From the NCBI GenBank assembly GCA_963845385.1, contig CAWJRW010000008.1, positions 2,399 through 66,398 on the forward strand: 64,000 bases of DNA. Direction: 5' to 3'. Position 1 is the stretch's first letter; each line of letters starts with the position of its first letter. Both the position numbers and the translations under genes were made by a program. The DNA is from an uncultured Alphaproteobacteria bacterium. Its GTDB lineage: Bacteria; Pseudomonadota; Alphaproteobacteria; CAWJRW01. Under the pieces are notes generated by a model, which had not been told where the DNA came from, did not search any database, and saw only the letters and a list, made by a program, of their open reading frames with translations. Below are positions 42,941 to 55,034 of this stretch, piece by piece.

Positions 42941-43927
42941 CTAATGCGCGTCGACGGCCGTCACATAGAGCTTCTGCTCGCCATAGGCGATGTAGAGGTG
43001 CAGCTTGCGCAAGACATTGAGCCCTAAGACCAAATCGGCCGTTTTCAATTCGCCCGCACCATAGACCGGATCCATCCCCACCTTCGTGGCATTCTCTTTG
43101 AAGAAGCCCTTCTTCATGGCGTTGGTGAAGAGATCGATCATCGGATTTTCGACCGTGATGCCTTCGACGGAGAGCGACTTGAAGCGATGGCGATATTGAA
43201 TGGGCGAATCCGGCGCTGCGTCGGAGATTTTCTCCACATCCGGCGAGCTTTCGTCGAGACCGAAGAGCTTGCGCGCCACCGCGCGGTCGAGCAGCGTGTT
43301 CGGCGCCGCCGTGTCGATCATGGCCTCGATGTTCTTGCCGTCGAGCGTCATCGGAACGATGATGTTGCCGTTCTTGTCGAGCTTGAATGCGACGTCGGCA
43401 TAGGCGTTGGACCAATAGACGACGCGGCCCGCGCAATGCTTGGGCGACATGAGATTGAGCGTCTTCGCCGCAAAGTCGAAATCGACGTCGAAATTTCCCA
43501 GGATGTTCTTGGCGAGCGTGCCCGCGATCCGTGCATCGATGGCGCTGTCGTCGGGCTCGACCAGAAAATCGAAATTCTCGCCTTCGGCGCCACCGACATT
43601 CACCGAGGAGATCGTCGCCAACTCTCGAAAGCGGTTGCCCTTGAAATCGTAGACTTGCCTGCTCGCCGGCAGGTCTTTCGGCACCAGCCCGAATTCTTTG
43701 ACGACGCGCTTGGTCACCGAGCTCAGCCCTCGTCCCGTGCTGACGAGGAAGAGCCTCGGCGTGTTGTTGAGCGCGGCCTGAACGACCACCAAATCGCCGA
43801 AGCCGTCGGCCATCGGCAGCGAGACTTGCTGGCCCAGCGTGCAATCTTCCGCGCGCGCGGAGAGGTTTCCCACGCACATGGCAACCGCAAATGCAAAGCC
43901 CAAAAGCAACTTGTGATGACCTGTCAT
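42941..43927 (-). CDS. secreted two-domain retropepsin-like aspartyl protease homologue
   Basis: Frame of ORF 42941..44218 from ATG 43927. Signal peptide MTGHHKLLLGFAFAVAMCVGNLSARA. Domain 1 reads LFLVSTGRG (Asp replaced by Ser) and domain 2 reads AMIDTAAP. Each domain ends with an ILG/VLG flap-like motif. Visibly lower GC than its neighbours. Confidence 0.65.
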   Translation of the reverse strand: MTGHHKLLLGFAFAVAMCVGNLSARAEDCTLGQQVSLPMADGFGDLVVVQAALNNTPRLFLVSTGRGLSSVTKRVVKEFGLVPKDLPASRQVYDFKGNRFRELATISSVNVGGAEGENFDFLVEPDDSAIDARIAGTLAKNILGNFDVDFDFAAKTLNLMSPKHCAGRVVYWSNAYADVAFKLDKNGNIIVPMTLDGKNIEAMIDTAAPNTLLDRAVARKLFGLDESSPDVEKISDAAPDSPIQYRHRFKSLSVEGITVENPMIDLFTNAMKKGFFKENATKVGMDPVYGAGELKTADLVLGLNVLRKLHLYIAYGEQKLYVTAVDAH

Positions 43928-43965
43928 TTCATTCCCCGGAAAGCGTGAACAAAATCGTTGCGTTA

Positions 43966-44370
43966 TTATTCCAACCCCAGCTCCTTCAGCACCGTGGTCG
44001 CCACGTTGAAGCCTTCGGCGGCGGCAGGGATGCCCGCATAAAGCATGGTCTGCAGCAGGACTTCGCGCAACTCCTCGACGCTCACGCCGTTCTTGATGGC
44101 GCCCTGCACGTGATAGCGGAGCTGCGGGCTCTTGCCCAGGGCGGCGAGGATCGCGACCGTGAGCATGCTGCGGATCTTCGGCGTGAGCGGCGGCCTGTGC
44201 CAAATATCGCCGAAGCAAAGCTCGGTGACGACGTCCTCGAAGCGCCGCTTGAACTCGGTTGCGTTGTTCACGGCGTCGTCGGCGCCGGCGCGCCCGAACA
44301 TGGTGCGCCGGAGCGCGAGTCCCGCCTCATAGGTCTTCGCATCTTTGCTGGTCATCGCTCCCTCTTTCAT
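43966..44370 (-). CDS. carboxymuconolactone decarboxylase-family protein
   Basis: ATG 44370 (ATGA overlap with the upstream stop). ELCFGDIWHRPPL and RSMLTVAILAALG. Confidence 0.8.
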   Translation of the reverse strand: MKEGAMTSKDAKTYEAGLALRRTMFGRAGADDAVNNATEFKRRFEDVVTELCFGDIWHRPPLTPKIRSMLTVAILAALGKSPQLRYHVQGAIKNGVSVEELREVLLQTMLYAGIPAAAEGFNVATTVLKELGLE

Positions 44371-45254
44371 CGCTCGCGTTGGTCCTTGAAGGCAAGAAAG
44401 GCTTCCGACGTGTCGCGCGCCCCGCCCAACTTGTCGCGCGCGTAGGCCAAGCGCTCGCGCACGAGGCGCGACACGGGCGCCTCGACCTCGATCGCCTCGC
44501 CCAAATCGGCCGCGATGCGCACGTCCTTGGCGAGGAGCCCGATGGCGAAGCCGCTTGCGAACTTGCCCGTGAGCACGTGATCCTTCCACACCACCTCGGT
44601 GACGAAGGACCGGCCTGTTGCCGTATTGAGCACGTCGATCATGAGCTTCGGGTCGAGACCGAACTTCTCGCCGATGAGCAGGGCTTCCGAGACGGCGGCA
44701 AGATTGGTCGCGGCGAGAAAGTTGTTGAGCGCTTTCATGGCGTGGCCCGTGCCGAGCGCGCCCACCACGAACAGCTGATTGCCCATGGCCGACAAGACCG
44801 GGCGCACTTTCTCCACCACGCTTTCGTCGCTGCAGCCGATCATGATGGTCAAAGTGGCGCTTTCGGCGCGCGTGCGCGTGCCCGAGACCGGCGCGTCGAC
44901 CAGGATCATGCCGCGCTTCTTGAGCGTGGCGCCCGTCTCTCGCGTGATAAGCGGCTCGCTCGAGCTCATGTCGATGAAGATGGTGCCGGGCTTGCACGCC
45001 TTGATCAGCGCCTGATTTTGCGCGCGGGTCAGCACGTCGGCCACGGCCTTGCCGTCCGGCAGCATGGTGACGATGAATTGGCAATCGCCGAGGCCCGCGA
45101 GCGAGGGCGCAGACCTGCATCCCCACAGCGCCGCGACCTCGGCGGCGCGCGCGGTGTCTTGATCGTAGAGCGTGACGTCGAAGCCGCGCTCGACCAGATG
45201 GCCGGACATCGGCCGGCCCATGGTGCCCGTGCCGATGAAGCCCACCTTCGTCAT
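44367..45254 (-). CDS. NAD(P)-dependent oxidoreductase (3-hydroxyisobutyrate dehydrogenase family)
   Basis: ORF 44367..45305 trimmed to ATG 45254 after GGAGG. VGFIGTGTMGRPM Rossmann motif and GTGHAMKALNN. Confidence 0.85.
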   Translation of the reverse strand: MTKVGFIGTGTMGRPMSGHLVERGFDVTLYDQDTARAAEVAALWGCRSAPSLAGLGDCQFIVTMLPDGKAVADVLTRAQNQALIKACKPGTIFIDMSSSEPLITRETGATLKKRGMILVDAPVSGTRTRAESATLTIMIGCSDESVVEKVRPVLSAMGNQLFVVGALGTGHAMKALNNFLAATNLAAVSEALLIGEKFGLDPKLMIDVLNTATGRSFVTEVVWKDHVLTGKFASGFAIGLLAKDVRIAADLGEAIEVEAPVSRLVRERLAYARDKLGGARDTSEAFLAFKDQRER

Positions 45255-45362
45255 GATCCCTCCCCGTGCCTGTTCACGGGCACTCTCTTTGCCTTCTTGT
45301 AGCACGGAAGCGCCGATCTTTGGCCCTCCGGCGAGTGGCGCTTAAGCACGATTTTATTCTGA

Positions 45363-46016
45363 GTGACGGGCGCGCAAGAGCGCGGCACCATGAGCGTGTC
45401 CACGAGCCGAGTCGCACCCATGCCCTCCTTCGCGCTCGAGCGCGCGCATCTCAAGAATGGAACGACGCCCGTCGCGGGCGTCGACGAGGCGGGGCGCGGG
45501 CCGCTCGCGGGGCCCGTGCTCGCGGCCGCCGTCATTCTTCCGCTGCGGGGAATTCCGCGCGGCATCGACGATTCCAAAGCGCTTACGCCCGAGAAGCGCG
45601 AAGCGATCTACGCCATGCTTTGCGCCTGCGCCGAGATCGGCGTGGGTGCGGCGAGCGTCGCCGAGATCACGCGCCTCAACATTCTCAACGCCACAATGCT
45701 TGCCATGCGCCGCGCGGTGCACGCCCTGCCGCGCGTTCCCGCGCTTGCGCTTATCGATGGTAATTGCGCGCCGGAGCTTCCTTGCGCTTCGCTCACCGTT
45801 GTGCGGGGCGACGCCACCGTTCTTTCCATCGCCGCGGCCTCCATCATCGCCAAGGTGACGCGGGATCGAATCATGCGCGCGCTGGGGCGCCGCTGGCCTC
45901 AATACGGCTTCGAGCGGCATATGGGCTACGCGACGGAGGCCCATCGCGCGGCGCTTGCCCGCCTCGGACCGACACCACACCATCGGCCGGACTTTCACGG
46001 CGTCCACAACATCTAG
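45363..46016 (+). CDS. rnhB: ribonuclease HII
   Basis: ORF 45363..46016. GVDEAGRGPLAGPV, DDSK and ASIIAKVTRD. The start may be an internal ATG (MPSFAL..). Confidence 0.9.
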   Translation: MTGAQERGTMSVSTSRVAPMPSFALERAHLKNGTTPVAGVDEAGRGPLAGPVLAAAVILPLRGIPRGIDDSKALTPEKREAIYAMLCACAEIGVGAASVAEITRLNILNATMLAMRRAVHALPRVPALALIDGNCAPELPCASLTVVRGDATVLSIAAASIIAKVTRDRIMRALGRRWPQYGFERHMGYATEAHRAALARLGPTPHHRPDFHGVHNI

Positions 46017-46022
46017 TGTCGC

Positions 46023-47637
<1,615 letters not shown>

Positions 47638-47639
47638 CA

Positions 47640-47701
47640 CCCCTCACCCGGTTCGCCGAAGCAAGCTTCGGCGAACCACCCTCTCCCACAAGGGGAGAGG
47701 G
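47640..47701. repeat. family 3 repeat, right arm of the DUF559 cassette
   Basis: cccctcaccc + hairpin ggttcgccgaagcaagcttcggcgaacc + accctctcccacaaggggagaggg. Confidence 0.85.
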
Positions 47702-47737
47702 ATGTTTGTTGGATGCTCGACGCCTTGCGCGGCGCGG

Positions 47738-48790
47738 TCAATCCGAATGCGCCGCATGCGCGAGCACTTTCTTCATGAGGTTGGGCAGCGCCAAGTCGCC
47801 GATGCTTGACGGCGCTACGAAGCGGCCTTGAGCATTCGCGCCATCCGTCGTGCGCGCGCGCCAGATTTCCAGCTCCAAGTCGAAATGGGTGAAGCTGTGG
47901 CGCACGAGGCCCGGCAGTGCACGCCAGCGCGCGTGCAGCGGCGCGTGCCGGCGCGCTGTGCCGGGCTCGACCGTGTCTTCGCTCCAAGGCGTCGAGGGCA
48001 CTTCCCACAAGCCTCCGAGCAAGCCCTTCTCCGCGCGCTTGCGTAAGAGCACCGCCCCATCCGCGCGCTCGAGAAAGAAGGCGATGCCGCGTTTCAAGGG
48101 TTTCTGGCGTTTTTTCACGCGGCGCGGGAGAGTTTCGGTCAAGCCCTTGGCGTAAGCGACGCACGCGTCCTGCCACGGACAGAAGAAGCAGCGCGGGTTT
48201 TTGGGCGTGCAGAGGGTGGCGCCGAGATCCATGAGCGCTTGGGCGTGGTCGCCCGGGCGCTTTTCCGGCACGAGCTTTGCCGCGAGCGCCGCGAGCTTTT
48301 TCTTGGCGCGGGGCAAAGGCTCGTCCACGCCATAGAGCCGCGCCAGCACGCGCTCGACATTGCCGTCGACGGCCGCGGCTTGCTTGTCGAAGGCGATCGC
48401 CGCGATGGCCGCCGCCGTGTAGCGCCCGATGCCGGGCAGCGTGCGCAACAAAGCCTCGTCCTCGGGAAAGCGGCCGGCGAGCTCGGCCACCACTTTGCGC
48501 GCGCAAGCGTGGAGATTGCGCGCGCGGGCGTAATAGCCGAGCCCCGACCAGAGGCCGAGCACGTCGTCCTGCGAGGCGCGGGCGAGCGCCTTCACAGTCG
48601 GGAAGCGGGCGAGAAAGCGCGCGTAATAAGGGCCGACGGCCGCGACCGTCGTCTGCTGCAGCATGATCTCCGAGAGCCACACGCGATAGGGATCGGCCCG
48701 CGCACCCGGCGCCGCGCGCCAAGGCAGCGTGCGGCGATGCCGGTCGTACCAATGGAGAAGTCGGGGGCCGAGCGCCCGTGCCGTGATCAT
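47738..48790 (-). CDS. mutY: A/G-specific adenine glycosylase
   Basis: ORF 47738..49399 trimmed to ATG 48790. WLSEIMLQQT, GLGYYARARNL, PGIGRYTAAAI, Cys cluster C..C..C, and a NUDIX-like C-domain. Confidence 0.92.
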   Translation of the reverse strand: MITARALGPRLLHWYDRHRRTLPWRAAPGARADPYRVWLSEIMLQQTTVAAVGPYYARFLARFPTVKALARASQDDVLGLWSGLGYYARARNLHACARKVVAELAGRFPEDEALLRTLPGIGRYTAAAIAAIAFDKQAAAVDGNVERVLARLYGVDEPLPRAKKKLAALAAKLVPEKRPGDHAQALMDLGATLCTPKNPRCFFCPWQDACVAYAKGLTETLPRRVKKRQKPLKRGIAFFLERADGAVLLRKRAEKGLLGGLWEVPSTPWSEDTVEPGTARRHAPLHARWRALPGLVRHSFTHFDLELEIWRARTTDGANAQGRFVAPSSIGDLALPNLMKKVLAHAAHSD

Positions 48791-48868
48791 CGGCGGAGAT
48801 CTAACGGATTCACATTGCCGGCACGAGTTCCGGCCTGCACAGTGGCGCGCCTTGGAAAAGTTTTCCCC

Positions 48869-49333
48869 ATGAACACCTTCCGCGGTCCGAAAAAGGTCGC
48901 CGATCTCCTGGGCGGTGCCGCGGGCGCTGCCTTGCGCAGATACGGCTTTGCCGAGGAGCGCCTCATCACCCATTGGCAGGCGCTGTTGGGCGACGCACTG
49001 GGCGCGCGCACGCTTCCGGTCCGCCTGCGCTTTCCCCATGGCCAGCGCCATGGCGGCACGCTCTTCATCCGCGCCTCCGGGCCCACGGCGCTCGAGGTCC
49101 AGCATCTGGCGCCGCAGATCATCGAGCGCATCAACGGCTTCTTCGGCTATCCCGCCGTGGCGGCGCTCAGGCTCGAGCAGGGCCCGGTGGACCGGCCCGC
49201 GCGGGCGAGGCAGGTTCCCGAGCCGCCGCCGGCGGAGGTGGACGACCCCATGCTCGAGGCCGTGGCCGACGAGGGCTTGCGCCAGGCGCTCGCCCGCCTC
49301 CAGGCCAGTCTCCGCGCGCGCCGAAAGCGATAG
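48869..49333 (+). CDS. DUF721 (DciA-like) protein
   Basis: Frame of ORF 48239..49333 from ATG 48869 (MNTFRGPKKVADLLGG.. LITHWQALLG .. LFIRASGPTALEVQH). Divergent from mutY, as in many alphaproteobacteria. Confidence 0.75.
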   Translation: MNTFRGPKKVADLLGGAAGAALRRYGFAEERLITHWQALLGDALGARTLPVRLRFPHGQRHGGTLFIRASGPTALEVQHLAPQIIERINGFFGYPAVAALRLEQGPVDRPARARQVPEPPPAEVDDPMLEAVADEGLRQALARLQASLRARRKR

Positions 49334-49465
49334 CCCGGCCCTTGTGAAAGGCCACCAGGATGGCGCGCCCGCCTGGCCTGTGATAAGGCCTCGCGGCACG
49401 GAATTTGGCCCCTATTTCCGCCATCAAGCGCAGCGACAATGCTTCTTGGGAATGACGAAGCGTCG

Positions 49466-50147
49466 ATGAGAGAGCGGACCGCAGCCATCGTGATGGCCCT
49501 GCTCGCGGCCGCGGGCATCCTGTGCGCCGTCCTGGTGGGCAGCGAGGGCGTGCCGATCGCTCGCCACGAGCAAGCCCCCCGTGGCCGCCCAAGTGAAGGG
49601 CAAGGTGGCCGAGCGGCCCGACGACACGGCGCTTGGCGACCGCAATGCGCCCATCCAGGTAGTGGAATACGCCTCGCTCGCCTGCAGCCATTGCGCAACG
49701 ATGGACAAGGAAGTTCTTCCCAAATTGAAGGCGAAGTACATCGACACCGGCAAGCTGCGTTACATATACCGGGACTTTCCCTTGAATCCCTTTGGCACGG
49801 CGGCGGCCATGGCCGCCCATTGCCGCGGCGACGAGCATTTTTTCGACACCATTTCGATCATCTTCGATCTTCAAGCCTGGTGGCTTTACGGGGCGGCCGA
49901 CGGCGAGGACGCCATAAACCGGCTCGCCACGGTGATGCGCGAAACGGGCATGAGCAAAGCCGAATTCGACCGCTGTATCCGTGACGAGAAGCTCCTCGCC
50001 CGCGTCGAAGAGGTCGCGAGCCAGGCGGAAAAGGAGTTCTCGGTCGACAGCACGCCCACCTTCATCATCAATGGCAAGAAGCACGCGGGCGAACTATCCT
50101 TTGACCGATTCGAAGCGATTCTCGCGCCGCTCCTGCCCAAACCCTGA
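49466..50147 (+). pseudogene. DsbA-family thiol:disulfide oxidoreductase, one apparent frameshift in the C6 run 49575-49580
   Basis: ATG 49466 (MRERTAAIVMALLAAAGILCAVLVG membrane anchor) in the frame of ORF 49439... The thioredoxin part with CSHC is ORF 49581..50147. Confidence 0.85.
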
Positions 50148-50195
50148 GGCCGAGGCGGTACGAGTGATCGTGTGCGCGAGAAGGACCGGTTGTCC

Positions 50196-53100
50196 GTGAA
50201 GATTACGCGGTTGCGTCTATCCGGCTTCAAGTCGTTCGTCGACCCGACCGAGCTGGCCGTCGAGCCGGGCCGCAGCGGCGTCGTCGGGCCGAACGGCTGC
50301 GGCAAGTCCAACCTCGTCGAAGCCCTGCGCTGGGTGATGGGCGAAACCTCGCCCAAGAGCATGCGCGGCACGGGCATGGACGACGTGATCTTCTCGGGCA
50401 CGGCGAGCCGGCCCGCGCGCAACATGGCCGAGGTGACGCTCGTCCTCGACAACGGCGCCCGCACGGCGCCCGCCCAATTCAACGACAGCGAGGTGCTCGA
50501 GGTCTCACGCCGCATCGAGCGGGAGCTGGGCTCTGTCTATCGCGTCAACGGGCGGGAGGTGCGCGCGCGCGACGTGCAGACGCTTTTTGCCGACGCCTCG
50601 ACCGGCGCCCATTCGCCGGCCCTCGTCCGCCAGGGCCAGATCGGCGAGATCATCGCCGCCAAGCCGCGCGACCGGCGCCTCTTGCTCGAAGAGGCCGCGG
50701 GCATCATGGGGCTTCATTCGCGCCGGCACGAAGCCGAGCTCAGGCTGCGCGCGGCCGAGACCAACATCACGCGCGTGCAGGACGCGCTCATCAATCTCGA
50801 GACGCAGCTCGCAGGCCTCAAGCGCCAGGCGCGCCAAGCCTCGCGCTATCGCAATATCGCAGCCCAAATCCGCGCCCTCGAAATCGCACTCTTGAAGCGC
50901 CGCTGGCAAGCCGCCACGGCCTCGGTCGGCGAAGCCGAGCGCGCGCTCGGCGAGGCGGATCGGAGCGTTGCGCGCGCCACGGAAGCGGCTGCCCATGCCG
51001 CGACCGGACAAGCCGAAGCCGCGGCCGCACTTGCCGGCTTTGCGCGACGCCGAGGCGCGCGCGGCGGCGGCCTTGCAGCGCCTCACCGTCGAGCGCGAGA
51101 GGCTCGACGCCGACGAAGAGCGCGCCGCCGCCGACAAGGAGCGCGTTGCGCGCACCCTCTCCGAAATCGCGGCCGACCTCTCGCGCGCCCAAGAGCTTTT
51201 GGCCGACGCCACTTCGGCGCGGGCGAAGCTCGCCGATGAAGAAAGCGACATTGCGCGCGCGAGAACGCATGCGGCGGCCGATCTTGCGGCCTCCGAGGCG
51301 GCCGTCGCCGAGCGGGAGGCCGAGCGCCAAGCCGGCGACGCGGCGCTCGACGGCGCGACCAAGATGGCGGCGGAGGCCGCGGCCGAACGCACGCGGCTCG
51401 AGCGGCTTGTGTCGGAGCTTGCCGCGCATCTCGACGCGCTCAGGGCCGAGCTTCTTTCGTTGGGCGCGGCGCGCGGCGACGCCGCGGGAAGCGCCACGGA
51501 CGATGCATCCCTTTCGGCCGCGCGCGAGACGATGCGCGCGGCTGTTGCCGCCGCCGAGTCCGCGCGGGCGCGCCACGGCGAAGCCGAGGCCGCGCGCACG
51601 GCGGCGGAAGCGCGCCGAGCTTTCCGAGCGCACGCCGCTCCAAGACGCCGACCGCAATCTCGCGCGCCTGCGCGCGGAAGCGGCCGCCTTGGCGAAGCTC
51701 GTGGGCGCGGGCGACGCCACGCTCTTTCCGCCGGTGATCGACGCGATCTCCGTGACGCCGGGCTATGAGCTTGCGCTGAGCGCCGCCTTGGGGCTCGATC
51801 TCGATGCCCCGGCCGACCGCGCGGCACCCGCTCACTGGGATGATCTCGGACCGCTCGCCGAGGCTGCGCCCCTGCCGCAAGCTGCAAGGCCGCTCGGCGA
51901 GTTCGTCAAGGCGCCGGCCGCGCTCGCGCGAAGACTGTCTCAGATCGGCGTCGTCGAGCCGGCGATGGGCAAGGCGCTTCAGGCCACGCTCACGCGCGGA
52001 CAAAGGCTCGTCTCGCGCCGCGGCGATCTCTGGCGCTGGGACGGCTTCACCGCAGCCGCGGACGCGGAAAGCCAGGCGGCCAAGCGCCTCGCCCAGCGCA
52101 ATCGGCTGCGCGAGCTCGATGGCGAGACCGCGCGCGCCGAGGACGAAGCAAACGCCTTGCGCACGCGCTATCACGCGCTGCGGCTCGCAGCCGAGACCGC
52201 CGCGATCGAAGAGCGTGCATGCCTTGCCGCCGCGCGCGACGCCGATGCCCGCGCGGCCGAGGCGCGCGAGGCGCTCTCGGCCCTCGAAACCCTGGCCGCC
52301 AAGGCCGGCGCCGAACGCAAGGGCTTGGACGATGCGCTGGCACGCCTCGAGTCCGAGCGCGCGGCAACCGAAACGCGTTTGCGCGCGGCCGAGAGCGAGC
52401 GCGCCGCGGCGCCTGCCCCTGAAGCTTTGGAGCGCGACGTGGCCACCGCACGCGAAGCTGCGCAGGCGGCGCGCCAAGCGCTCGTCGAAGCCCAGAGCGC
52501 GCGCGATCTCTTGCAGCGCGCCGAGGCGGGGCGCACGAGCCGCCTGGAAGAAATCGCGCGCGAAGCCGAAGGCTGGCAGGAACGCGAGACGCGCGCGAGA
52601 ACGCAGATCGAGACGCTCAACGCGCGCGGCTTAGAGGCCGAGGCCGAGCGCGAAAAGCTCGAGGCCCTGCCCGCGCGGATCGCCTCCGAGCGCGTGAGGC
52701 TTCTCTCCGTGCTGCAAGAAGCCGAGCGCGCGCGCAACGCCGCCGCCGATACGCTGGCGCAAGCCGAGCAGCATCTGAAGGCGAAGGACGCCGAGGCCAA
52801 GGCCGCGAATGCCGCGCTGTCCGAAGCGCGCGAAGCGCGCGCGCGCCTGGAAGCCATGCTCTCCGGCGCCAAGGAGCGCATGGCGGAGCTCGCGCGTCAC
52901 ATTCACGAGACGGTCGACCTCACGCCCGAGGCGCTGCTCGCCCAGACCGACGAGGGGCGCCACGTTCCCGAGACGCCGGAAGAGATCGAGCTGAAGCTCG
53001 AGCGCTTGAAGCGCGAGCGCGAGACCCTCGGCGCCGTCAACCTGCGCGCCGATGCCGAGGCTCAAGAGGTCGAGGCGCAGCTCAATTCCATGCAGGCCGA

Positions 53101-53653
53101 GAAGAACGATCTCGAAAACGCCATCGCCAAGCTCCGCCAGGCCATCGGCAAGCTCAACGCCGAAGGGCGCGAGCGGCTCATGTCCGCCTTCGAGGTGGTG
53201 AACGGCCACTTCCAGCGCCTGTTTACGCATCTCTTCGGCGGCGGCATGGCCGAGCTCAAGCTCGTGGAATCAGACGATCCGTTGGAAGCGGGGCTCGAAG
53301 TGTTCGCGCGCCCGCCCGGCAAGCGGCTGCAGGTGATGACGCTGCTCTCGGGCGGCGAGCAGGCGCTGACCGCGCTCGCGCTCATCTTCGCCGTGTTCCT
53401 GTCGAACCCGGCGCCCATCTGCGTGCTCGACGAGGTGGACGCGCCCTTGGACGACGCCAATGTCGAGCGCTTCTGCAATCTTGTGGACGAGATGACGCGC
53501 GTCACCGACACGCGCTTCCTCGTCATCACGCATCATCCGCTCACCATGTCGCGCATGGACCGGCTGTTCGGCGTCACCATGGGCGAGCGCGGCGTCTCCC
53601 AGCTCGTCTCGGTCGATCTCGCATCGGCCGAGCAAATGCGCGCGGTGGGTTGA
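50196..53653 (+). pseudogene. smc: chromosome segregation protein SMC, two apparent frameshifts (near 51036, 51613)
   Basis: GTG 50196 ([14 protein letters not shown]), Walker [10 protein letters not shown]. Coiled coils span ORFs 50172.., 50968.. and 51146..53653. LSGGEQALTALAL and Walker B CVLDEVDAPLDD. Confidence 0.93.
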
Positions 53654-53738
53654 GGACGGCTGGCCGCGACCGATTGATTCTTCTTTTATGCGCCCTCGAC
53701 GGCCTCGGGCTCTCGTTTCGGTCACAGCCGAGAGAATG

Positions 53739-53765
53739 CGCCGCCGCCAATTCGTGGCGGCGGCG
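53739..53765. terminator. 11-bp GC stem-loop between convergent smc and the secreted repeat-protein gene
   Basis: cgccgccgcca-attcg-tggcggcggcg. The flanking T-tract is weak, so intrinsic-terminator function is inferred only from position. Confidence 0.45.
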
Positions 53766-53781
53766 TTACGGGCGCGCAGCG

Positions 53782-54713
53782 CTACTTCAGAAGATAAGTG
53801 AGCGCCGGACCAGGGCGGCCCACATAGCAAGTTTTCGTGAAGCCGAAATACTTGATGATCTTGTGGGCGCTCTCGGCCTCGGCCTTGCTGGCGCCGAAGT
53901 CGAACATCCAATGATCGCCGTCAACGATCTTCCAATTGCCGCCCGCCTCCTTCACCTCGATATTGGCGTTGTTGAAGGCGATGCAGTCCTCGCCGGCACC
54001 GCCGCTCGCCGCGCCCGCACCCGCGAGCCAATAATCGAACGACGGATCAGGCCGGCCGACAAAGCAGTGCTTGGTGAAGCCATATTTCTGACCACATTCA
54101 GCGACTTGACGGCCTCTTCCTCGTTGGCGCCGAAGTCGAGCAGCGAATGGCTGCCATCGACGAGCTTCCAACTACCCCCGACCTGTTGGGCTGCGACGGT
54201 GGCGTTGTTGAAACCGACGCAATCCTGCTTCGGCGCGAGCCCGAACGCAGCGGTCAAACCCGGGATGATGCCCACGATGTCGCCGATCCCCGCTTGTTTC
54301 GCAAAGGTCTCCGTGCGGACATAGTTGGCGCGCCCGCTACCGTCGGTAAAGCGCGTCAGGAATTTGGCTTTGAGCTGCCCGCCCTCTTTGATCAGGACGA
54401 CGATCGTTTCCGCATAGCCGGGCTTGAAAACCGCCGTGATGGCCTCGGCATTCGCGAAGGCGTTGTCGGAGACGCCGGGGCCGTAGACCTCGGCATTCAC
54501 GGTGCCCCAATCGCAGTCGCTCGGCGTGCAGCGGCCGAACACTTGCACCGTGACCGCATTGGTGACGCGCGTGACAATGATGCGCGTCGTGCCCTGGGTA
54601 TTCGAATCGGTGTTGGCCCAGGTCCCTGTGAAGTCGTTGATCGCGGCCCGCGCGGGTGCCGCAGTCAAGCCAAGAGCCGCCAGAATGGCGATGAGAACCA
54701 GATAGCGCCTCAT
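53782..54713 (-). pseudogene. secreted protein with an N-terminal CxxxDCDWG module and two tandem ~65-aa Cys-containing repeats, one apparent frameshift near 54093
   Basis: ORF 53952..54713 (signal peptide MRRYLVLIAILAALGLTAAPARA) continues in ORF 53782..54171. Repeats read DC[VI][GA]FNNA..GG.WK[LI]VDG.H...DFG...EA....YGFTK.C[FY]VGRP.P. Lower GC by eye. Confidence 0.65.
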
Positions 54714-54957
54714 GAATAGTTACCTCCCTGTCGCGTAGGACGGCGCCGCCGGCCGCTGTCATTGCGTCGCGCAATGACAAGCTTTGCGGCGGCACATCCA
54801 TCCCATCGGACCCCCTGGCACGAAGTCTGCGCCCAGGACTGCGGCGAGCACAAGGCGCCGTCAGCGTGCGCGCGGTCGGTTGACGCAGCCTTGTGCGGCG
54901 CGACAGAAAATCAATATTGTTCTTTTATTTCAATGACTTAAATTGGATACCGCTGGC

Positions 54958-54986
54958 TTGACAGGGATTCGGGCCGAACCTATGGT
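54958..54986 (+). promoter_or_regulatory. near-consensus sigma-70 promoter of the F0 operon
   Basis: TTGACA (54958-63), 17 nt, TATGGT (54981-86). An AT-rich tract at 54905-54950 lies upstream and atpI ATG 55035 downstream. Confidence 0.5.
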
Positions 54987-55034
54987 GCGCCCTGCGGGCA
55001 AGGCTCGGGAGCACGCGCGAAAGCGATCTCCGTC

